Origin: a virus
Taxonomy: Duplodnaviria > Caudoviricetes
Virus record (IMG/VR): IMGVR_UViG_3300050034_000334
DNA: 64,000 bases
Strand: one strand, 5' to 3'
Shown here: positions 57,018 through 64,000 of the stretch, piece after piece
How the letters are laid out: each line of letters begins with the position of its first letter
Position numbering within the stretch: position 1 is the stretch's first letter
Notes under the pieces: generated by a model
What the model saw: the letters and a program-made list of their open reading frames with translations, nothing else
Databases searched by the model: none
Told to the model about the DNA's origin: nothing
Position numbers and translations under genes: made by a program

Positions 57018-58007
57018 ATGACGAAACTGCCTTTTGGACACAAAATCTCGCAGGCTAATCCAACATGGGATGAAGTGTGCCTTGAGATGATTCTGGAGAA
57101 GTACCCGGACTGCGACCAGAAAGCAGTGGAAAACTATCTGAAATTTGTAGCGGATGGAAAACAAGTAAATGGAAAATTAGAAGGTCATCATACCTTGATG
57201 AGAGCTGATTTTCCTCAGTATATAGACACACCTGTTAACATCGTTAAGCTGACAGCACGCAATCACTTTGTAGCTCACTACTTGTTAGCAAAGGCGGTTC
57301 CATCATCTTCCAGTATTCAAATCACTTTTTATCTCATGGCCAACATGAAAAGGGCTATGTATCTAAAATTGCAAGAAGTTTATAAGATGGCAGATGTATA
57401 CGAAGCCTCTAAACTTCACATACCTTCGACAAAGGGGTTCACTCCAGTTTATAACCCAGATACTAAAATGGTTGTACTCATGTCTAAAACAGATCCTGTA
57501 GTGGTTTCAGGACAGTTTAGACATCACACAACAGGAACTACTTCAGTGAGAGACAAGCAGAGGAACTGTTTTCGTGTTCCCAAAGACGACTCTAGGATAA
57601 TTTCCGGAGAATTACAACCAATCAACAAAGGAAGAAAAGTTCGTATGAATACAGTAACGGGAGAAACTGCTTCTATGATTGCTGGAGATGTCAGGCTAGA
57701 AGATCCCAACTGGGTTCATCCCTCTACAGGAAAAGTAGCTGTAGTTGATTCAGAAGGAAATACTTTTTCTGTCTCAAAAAATGATTCTCGTTTTCTTTCA
57801 GGTGAATTACGTGGTGTAATGTCAGCTGCCTCTGAGGATACTAGAAAAAGAATCGGAAATGCTCAGTTAGGTAGACATCCTTCTCTGGAATTGAGAAAAT
57901 TGTGGAGTAAGCGACGTAAAGGACGGGTTGTTTCACAGAAGACAAGAGACAAAATCAGTGCCTCTCATTTTCTTATGCATCAGAAAAGGAGAGAAAATGT
58001 CATTTAA
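57018..58007 (+). CDS. HNH homing endonuclease (Mob-like) with NUMOD3
   Basis: EGHH.L....NIVKLTARNHFVAHYLL.K; SEDTRKRIG. Confidence 0.85.
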   Translation: MTKLPFGHKISQANPTWDEVCLEMILEKYPDCDQKAVENYLKFVADGKQVNGKLEGHHTLMRADFPQYIDTPVNIVKLTARNHFVAHYLLAKAVPSSSSIQITFYLMANMKRAMYLKLQEVYKMADVYEASKLHIPSTKGFTPVYNPDTKMVVLMSKTDPVVVSGQFRHHTTGTTSVRDKQRNCFRVPKDDSRIISGELQPINKGRKVRMNTVTGETASMIAGDVRLEDPNWVHPSTGKVAVVDSEGNTFSVSKNDSRFLSGELRGVMSAASEDTRKRIGNAQLGRHPSLELRKLWSKRRKGRVVSQKTRDKISASHFLMHQKRRENVI

Positions 58008-58872
58008 GAAGCAGGCTCAGGCAGTACTAGCCAGCCCACTTGTCAGTCTTAATGATTGGCATAAGATGTATGGAAATAACGCTTTTGGAGTTAAGACTGC
58101 CTCATTGAAGAAAGTTGCGGAGTCATCTCAGTACCTTCTATCTCATTGCACAATTATGGCATCAGTAATGGTAGAGGCAGAACCTTATGACTACCTAATT
58201 AAGCCTGAGACGAGCCATTTGGCTAATAATAATCAGGACGCCTGGAGTAATGAAGTACTCAAAATGAGTCACAAATCTTTCATTGGTGCATTCAATTTTC
58301 TTGAACACTTCCAAAATTCTAAGCATGCCAAGGGACATATTCTAGACGCTGTCCTTCGTAAAGTATCGATTGCTTCTCCGGATATTTGGGTCTACTTTTG
58401 TGATATTTTGGTAGCAACAGATATGAAACATGAATCACTTGTAGGAGATATCCGTTCGGGTAAAACTAAGTATATGTCGATGGGTTGCGTCGCAGATGAA
58501 GTTACATGCTCCTTTTGTGGAACTAGAGTCACTGATGCCAACACCTATTGTCAGCATCTCAATTTTCAGAAAGGCATGTTCATGCCTGATGACGACGGTG
58601 TTCCTCGGATCATAGTGGAATTGTGCGGACGGCCTTCGCTTCCAGGTGGTGGAGTTCATTTTATCGAGGCTTCATGGGTTGAGACCCCTGCCTTTCCTGG
58701 AGCGGAACTTCGTGGGATTATATCTGACGAGAACGGGAACGATACCTGGACAGGACCTAAGACTAAGTTTACATATAGTACCACCGCTGGAATTAAGAAA
58801 GCTGCCTCTAGTCCAAGAGAAGAGTTGTCCAGAGCTTCCATTGCCGATTTTAGACGGAGGTTTGGTTCATGA
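57997..58872 (+). CDS. putative prohead protease/head maturation protein
   Basis: FLEH...KG.ILDA, SMGC...CS.CG...C.H, FIEASWV..PAF; upstream of scaffold and capsid genes. Confidence 0.65.
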   Translation: MSFKKQAQAVLASPLVSLNDWHKMYGNNAFGVKTASLKKVAESSQYLLSHCTIMASVMVEAEPYDYLIKPETSHLANNNQDAWSNEVLKMSHKSFIGAFNFLEHFQNSKHAKGHILDAVLRKVSIASPDIWVYFCDILVATDMKHESLVGDIRSGKTKYMSMGCVADEVTCSFCGTRVTDANTYCQHLNFQKGMFMPDDDGVPRIIVELCGRPSLPGGGVHFIEASWVETPAFPGAELRGIISDENGNDTWTGPKTKFTYSTTAGIKKAASSPREELSRASIADFRRRFGS

Positions 58873-58942
58873 AGATTACCTGTTGGTATAAGAAACGACT
58901 TCAAAACACCCTAGTAGTGAGTGGTTCACTGGAGACTGCGCA

Positions 58943-60976
58943 ATGCGTAAACTTTCTCAACTGAAACAGGCTCTCTTGAAGAAGGAAGCTGATCTTGACA
59001 TGCTTGACGACCAGATCATGTCTCTGCCGACTTCTTCAGTCAAGTTTGACTCCCTTGCCCAGAAGCGTGAGGACATGGAAACCGATATCCGTCAGCTTCG
59101 AGAGGGCATCGAGGTTCTCAATGCTTGGGACACTCTCAAGGGCGGCGATTGGTCAGATGAGATGAAACAGTCTCTCGGCGAAATCGATCCGTTGGTCGTG
59201 GAAATGGCGACCGGCGAGGCTGATGAAGGAATGGGCATGGATGATTTGGGTATGGGTGCTCCTCCCATGACCGACTTCGCACCTGAAGCTCCTCTGCCTC
59301 CTCCTGCACCAGCTGTTGAACCTCCTCCCCTGGAAGAGCCTGTAGCACCTCCGCCTGTTGAAGAAAACACCATGGATGAAATTCCTTCCGGTGATGAACT
59401 TGCCGGCGAAGAGCCACCGGCGGAAGAGCCACCTGTCGAGGAAGAACCTCCTGCTGAAGAGGCACCGATTACGGCATCAAGCAAGAAATCCAACTTCCCG
59501 ACTCCAAGTAAGAAAGGCACTCCGGTGCCTACCGCTCAGAAGAAAGGCAACACAACCATGGCGACTGCGACCGAAACCACGAAGTCTTCTTCTCTTAAGG
59601 ATAGAATCGCTGCTATCAAATCAAAGAGAGCAGAAGCGATCAATAAGGAAGCACAGACTAGAGTCGCTTCCGCTTGGACTGTTGCTAAGACTCTTTTGCC
59701 CACAGCCCCTGCAACCATTCAACAGAAGCTAGCAGAATCTCTTCTGGCGAATACCACCAAGGCTCTCAAGGCCATCTGCCGGCAGACAGCGAGAAATGCT
59801 GCTTTCCAGAAGACCTGCGAGGCGATCGCGTCGGTCACCAAGACCACGATGAATGACCTCATGGAGAACCCAAGCATTCTTGCCAGTGAAGAGAGTGCTG
59901 TGAAGTCTGAATTGAAGGGTGATCCCAAGAGTGCCACCACGAAGAAGGCTGACGACCGCAAGGACGCTGGCCCGGTGCCTCCTGCTTATCCCGAACCCAT
60001 CCGCAAGGAACCTGCTGAGATCGATGCCGGCAAGGCTGGCGATCGTGAAAAGGACACCGTCGACAAGACCATGAGCGACCAGAAGGTCACGCCCAAGGAA
60101 GCAGCCAAGACCAAGAAGGCCTGCTCTGCCTGTGGCAAGGATCACCTGGAAGGCGAATGCTCGATGGCGCCAACAGCGTCCAAGAAGACCAAGAAGGCCG
60201 GTCCTGAGGACATGGCTCCCCCGGCTGCAGGCCCCACGGCTCCTCCAGTTGAAGAAGGCGGCGACATGCCTCTACCTCCTCTGCCGGAAGAGGGTGAAGG
60301 CGAAGAGAAGCCTGAAGGTGAGTCCGAGGAAGTGGTTGGCGACGAAGAGAAGCTCGAAGTTGTTGAGCAGATCGACGAAGTCATCCAGGACATCGAACAG
60401 ATCAAGGATGACATCGAGGAGAATTCCGAAGAGCTCAACCTTGAAAGCATCTTCGACAACGACAAGCTCGAGGACAAGGAAGCATCTCTCGCCAACAATG
60501 GCAACGTCACTGCCGGCGAAGACGACAATGACTTCCTACCCAGTTCAGCCCAGAACATGGAAGCCAGCATGGAAGAGTCTCCCATCGGTGACATGTTCGA
60601 CCTGACTGCCTCCGATGCTGACCCGATGGCTCGTCTCTTGGGCAGCACCAAGTATGCCGAAGTGGACGCGTCTCTGTCCAAGGTCGTGAAGCCTGGGGAT
60701 ATCGCTCAGACCTTCAAGACTGATGCCGTTGGCAAGGATCCTCGTGATAACGAAACCGATCACGAAGATTCTCTGCTGACTGACATCCTCAAGAGTCTCG
60801 ACCAGGACGACTACGACACCACTCGTGACCAGACTTCGCACCAGGAAGAGCCCACCGAGGCCAACACCAAGGTCGGCACCAAGAAGTCCATCACCAAACT
60901 GAAGACTGTGGTTGCGGCGGCTCCTGCTGCGGAATCCAATCTGGCGTCTCTGCTGTTCAGCGACGACGACATGTAA
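58943..60976 (+). CDS. scaffolding-like protein
   Basis: 677 aa acidic, Pro-rich, coiled coil, many KxA sites, ends SLLFSDDDM. Confidence 0.7.
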   Translation: MRKLSQLKQALLKKEADLDMLDDQIMSLPTSSVKFDSLAQKREDMETDIRQLREGIEVLNAWDTLKGGDWSDEMKQSLGEIDPLVVEMATGEADEGMGMDDLGMGAPPMTDFAPEAPLPPPAPAVEPPPLEEPVAPPPVEENTMDEIPSGDELAGEEPPAEEPPVEEEPPAEEAPITASSKKSNFPTPSKKGTPVPTAQKKGNTTMATATETTKSSSLKDRIAAIKSKRAEAINKEAQTRVASAWTVAKTLLPTAPATIQQKLAESLLANTTKALKAICRQTARNAAFQKTCEAIASVTKTTMNDLMENPSILASEESAVKSELKGDPKSATTKKADDRKDAGPVPPAYPEPIRKEPAEIDAGKAGDREKDTVDKTMSDQKVTPKEAAKTKKACSACGKDHLEGECSMAPTASKKTKKAGPEDMAPPAAGPTAPPVEEGGDMPLPPLPEEGEGEEKPEGESEEVVGDEEKLEVVEQIDEVIQDIEQIKDDIEENSEELNLESIFDNDKLEDKEASLANNGNVTAGEDDNDFLPSSAQNMEASMEESPIGDMFDLTASDADPMARLLGSTKYAEVDASLSKVVKPGDIAQTFKTDAVGKDPRDNETDHEDSLLTDILKSLDQDDYDTTRDQTSHQEEPTEANTKVGTKKSITKLKTVVAAAPAAESNLASLLFSDDDM

Positions 60977-61004
60977 ACCCAGTAAAACCAGTTACATCAC
61001 AGGG

Positions 61005-61038
61005 TCGGCTCAGATTAACCTCTGAGCCGATTCTATTT
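61005..61038. terminator. 10-bp hairpin between convergent scaffold and endonuclease genes
   Basis: TCGGCTCAGA-ttaacc-TCTGAGCCGA then TTCTATTT. Confidence 0.75.
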
Positions 61039-61659
61039 GAAGTGAAGACAGTATCTTCTATGTCCTCCATAAACTCCCTTGGTGACTTGAATGAACTTCG
61101 CTCCACATTTAGGACAGGTGTAATCATGCAATTTAGTATTCTCAGTTAAATTCACTCTTGTAGCAACGGAAGATTGAGACTGTTTTCTGGGGATATTCCA
61201 ACTGTTAGATATTTTGTCCTTGTGATCCTTGGTTTTTGGTACTCCAGTAAGTTTATCAGATAATGCCTTGGCTGCTTTTCGATGAATTTCTTTAGTTCCT
61301 TCAGGATCGTCAATCCACTGCTGTTTCTTGAATTGACTCAGCTTTCTTTTGGTCTCTTCGTTGGCTCGACATCCGTGACCACCGAGAGTGAGATTGTACC
61401 CGATCTTGGGATCAGATGAACGAAGAAGAATGATCCAGAGAGTTTCAAATTCGTTCAACTTGTCTATACTGGAGGTTTCACAAAGAAGTTCCATAGTGAA
61501 ACTTGACTCTCCATATTTTCTCATTGCTTTGTACAAATAGGAATTATCTCCATATTTAGCATTTTTGACATGCTGATTCCATCGTTCTCTCAGTGAAAGA
61601 ACAGTTTGGCCAACATAGAATTTTCCGTTAACGAGATTGGTGATTAAGTAGACGCACAT
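61033..61659 (-). CDS. GIY-YIG homing endonuclease
   Basis: CVYLITN..NGKFYVGQT, RW..H, GYNLTLGG; antisense to head operon. Confidence 0.92.
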   Translation of the reverse strand: MCVYLITNLVNGKFYVGQTVLSLRERWNQHVKNAKYGDNSYLYKAMRKYGESSFTMELLCETSSIDKLNEFETLWIILLRSSDPKIGYNLTLGGHGCRANEETKRKLSQFKKQQWIDDPEGTKEIHRKAAKALSDKLTGVPKTKDHKDKISNSWNIPRKQSQSSVATRVNLTENTKLHDYTCPKCGAKFIQVTKGVYGGHRRYCLHFK

Positions 61660-61835
61660 GATTACTATGGCCTAAGTAGTCGATTGATACGGGCATTATC
61701 GCTAATTGCCTAAAAAACTGGATTACAACCCCCATAAGTGTAGGATGGCTGCTGGTCATCTATAGATCTTGTCTTAGCTTGACTGATCTGGATGGCTGAC
61801 AAATCAAAACCAGACTATGTAGCTGAGATTCAACC

Positions 61836-62318
61836 ATGTTGAAACTTGACTATTACGGTCAGAACGATGGAACCACGGTTCCAAACGTCACCCTCACAGG
61901 TGACCCCGGTACTGACCAGCTCACGTTGACCAATGCAGGTTACTTGGGCGGAAAGATCATGGCGGTCGTAGGCACTTACTCCGACGGCTCTGCTCTTATC
62001 GCTCCCTGCGATGGCAACACCATGTCGCCCTATGGGACACTCATCAATGGCCCCGGTGAATTTGCCGGCGCTATCGGTCCCTCTGGCTCCAAGAAGGCCC
62101 CTGTCGTCCGCTCCATGTGGAAGGGTTCGGTCGACAATCAGGCTTATGACACAACCAAGCAGTACGTGGTCGGCACTCCGCTGTACGCGGGTACTGGCGG
62201 CGCGGCTGGACTCTACACCAATGCAACACCTGGTGGAGTTGCCAAGATCGTTGGACTTGTCACAGCAGTCCCAACTCAGCAGAACTCTTTCCTGCTGGGC
62301 GTCGGATCACTGATCTAA
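61836..62318 (+). CDS. head decoration/minor capsid protein, putative
   Basis: Gly-rich beta protein directly upstream of MCP; GSKK, Y.VG..LY, VG.V..VP patterns. Confidence 0.7.
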   Translation: MLKLDYYGQNDGTTVPNVTLTGDPGTDQLTLTNAGYLGGKIMAVVGTYSDGSALIAPCDGNTMSPYGTLINGPGEFAGAIGPSGSKKAPVVRSMWKGSVDNQAYDTTKQYVVGTPLYAGTGGAAGLYTNATPGGVAKIVGLVTAVPTQQNSFLLGVGSLI

Positions 62319-62358
62319 CCCAACGCTGCTCTTAAAGAGAGAAATCGGAGAAATTCAA

Positions 62359-63492
62359 ATGGCTACTCTTTCGAGAACTCAGCAGCAGACAGCGCAGTTG
62401 GGTCAGTTGCTGAAAACCGCAGGCGGACGTCAGAAGCTCGCAGCTTCTCTCGGACCCTCCCTGAGACGCCGCCGTGACTATATGTCGATTGCCCGCAAGG
62501 CACTCATGGTGGAAACCCTTCCGGATGGCGCACTTCCCATCTACGACAAGGAATTTGACGCGACTGGTAAGTCGTTCGTCGAGGCCTTTGTGGTTGGTGA
62601 AGAAGGCGGCGACATTGTCCGGGTAACCAAGCCCATTCGTGTGACGGTTCCGACGTTCGAAATCGTTGCCAATCCCATGATCCCGATCACCCAGATCAAG
62701 GAACGTCGCTTCGACCTCGTTGCCCGTTCTCTCAATCTGGCCAAGGCAGAAGTGGGCGCGACTGAGGACGGCTATGTGTTTGGCCTGTTCGACGCCGTCG
62801 CAACCGCAGCCACAGCGGCGACCCTCGTTGCCGGCACTGGCTCGACGGACTACGTTTTCAACGAAGACCTCAACATCTTCGTGGCGACGTCCGGCATCAC
62901 CACTCCTCCCGTTGCTTGGGTCAGCGGCGGACCCTTTGCTGTTGGTGCTTACACGACGGGTTCCGATGGAAACCTCTATGTTTGCATCAAGGCAGCAACC
63001 ACACAGAACCCGGTAGTGGGCGGCGGCGGTTATGCAGCTGGCTACTGGCTGTTTGTCGGCACCGACACCTTCGCTGTCAAGGGAATTGACGTGGACTCGA
63101 TGGCTGATGCATTTGGCCAGGTTCAGCGCCATGACCTTTCGGTGGCCTATGTGTTCTTCAACCCGCGCGACTATGTCGACCTGTTGAAGTGGACCGATGC
63201 GAACATCGACCGTGAGACGCAGCGCAAGCTGTTGAAGACGGGCGTGATGGGATACCTCTGGGGCGCCACTCTGCTCCAGTCTCGTAAGATCAACTATGGT
63301 GAAGTGTACGTTCTGGCCGATGCCGAGTTCTTGGGCGTCATCCCCGAGCGTATTCCGCTCACGGTCATGTCAGCCGACCGTCCGGACCTCCGCCAGATCG
63401 GCTTCAGCATCTTCGAGAATTTGGGCTTCCTTGTTTTCAACCCGAGCGGAGTCCAGCGCATCAACGTAGTACGTGGCACCGGCAACGTTTAA
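62359..63492 (+). CDS. major capsid protein (HK97 fold) with inserted CBM5/12-like module
   Basis: RDY..I.RK...VE.LP.G..PIYD, V.VP.FEI...P.I, ED..VF.L, NP.DY.D, E.LG...FNP..V; follows decoration gene. Confidence 0.9.
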   Translation: MATLSRTQQQTAQLGQLLKTAGGRQKLAASLGPSLRRRRDYMSIARKALMVETLPDGALPIYDKEFDATGKSFVEAFVVGEEGGDIVRVTKPIRVTVPTFEIVANPMIPITQIKERRFDLVARSLNLAKAEVGATEDGYVFGLFDAVATAATAATLVAGTGSTDYVFNEDLNIFVATSGITTPPVAWVSGGPFAVGAYTTGSDGNLYVCIKAATTQNPVVGGGGYAAGYWLFVGTDTFAVKGIDVDSMADAFGQVQRHDLSVAYVFFNPRDYVDLLKWTDANIDRETQRKLLKTGVMGYLWGATLLQSRKINYGEVYVLADAEFLGVIPERIPLTVMSADRPDLRQIGFSIFENLGFLVFNPSGVQRINVVRGTGNV

Positions 63493-63507
63493 CCATCACC
63501 TAACCAT

Positions 63508-63537
63508 CTAGAGCCTCTCTTAATCGGGAGGCTCTAG
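63508..63537 (+). terminator. 12-bp hairpin after MCP
   Basis: CTAGAGCCTCTC-ttaatc-GGGAGGCTCTAG. Confidence 0.7.
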
Positions 63538-63593
63538 CTGTCTTCAGAACAATAATTTCCCCTAATTGGCAAAACCTATAGTATCATGAATTC

Positions 63594-64000
63594 ATGAACA
63601 GCGTTATCAAACAAAGCCTCACTTCCATTCCTCACGATCCTGTCTGGGTCGACACCTACCTAGAATTCATTACCAACACTCCTACTCCCACAGAATCCTT
63701 CGACAAGCACCACATCCTGATGGAGAGCATCTTCCCTGACTTCCGCAGTCTCACCAAATTCCCCTGGAACATCAAGCGGCTTTCTTATGCTGATCATCTC
63801 ATCGCTCACTATCTACTTCGCAAGGCCATTCCTTGTGGAGCAACCAACGGAGCATTCCGCCTCATGGTGGGCCTCAGATTCGGCGAGCTACGTGCCAGCG
63901 GTTACGATCTTGAACTTCTTTCCGACATCGCAGCAGAATTTGAACTCATCCGTCGCATGAACGATTTTTCCATCAAGGGTTACATCAGAATCTATCGCGA
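63594..64000 (+). CDS. HNH homing endonuclease (Mob-like), runs off window end
   Basis: Not in ORF track. Manual translation: ...FDKHHILMESIFP...WNIKRLSYADHLIAHYLLRKA; same family as 57018-58007. Confidence 0.8.
   Translation, partial: MNSVIKQSLTSIPHDPVWVDTYLEFITNTPTPTESFDKHHILMESIFPDFRSLTKFPWNIKRLSYADHLIAHYLLRKAIPCGATNGAFRLMVGLRFGELRASGYDLELLSDIAAEFELIRRMNDFSIKGYIRIYR

Noticed and set aside
61825-61836. 12-bp match GAGATTCAACCA shared with 21359-21370 (minus)
   Set aside because: A single short match, within chance expectation for 64 kb.
1-64000. Stop-codon reassignment (code 15 or 4)
   Set aside because: TAG, TGA and TAA all end genes abutting the next start; coding density is high; no suppressor tRNA.

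Overview
64 kb of a large contractile-tailed (myovirus-like, probably jumbo) bacteriophage genome, about 50% GC, read with the standard code. Left arm (1-30.7 kb, almost all minus strand): DNA recombination/replication and nucleotide metabolism (SbcD-like nuclease missing from the ORF track, truncated SbcC/Rad50-like ATPase, RecA, RuvC, DEDDh exonuclease, SSB, HU, HAD hydrolase, DnaB, DinG-like helicase, dCMP deaminase, MazG-like, class II RNR NrdJ with an HNH-containing intein), a tRNA array, and a secreted-protein/L,D-transpeptidase module. Right arm (30.9-64 kb, plus strand): replication initiator with internal iteron-like repeats and a DnaC-like loader, then tape measure, baseplate, sheath, tube, protease-like, scaffold, decoration and major capsid genes. 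Eight free-standing homing endonucleases are scattered through the window. Most striking: (1) a circularly permuted tRNA-Asp-like RNA inside the tRNA array, with paired flanks; (2) all nine normal tRNAs read GNN codons; (3) a CBM5/12-like glycan-binding module inserted in the major capsid protein; (4) a structured non-coding region with a pseudoknot upstream of the array; (5) a candidate origin at the strand switch. All family calls come from motif recognition by eye; no database searches were run.
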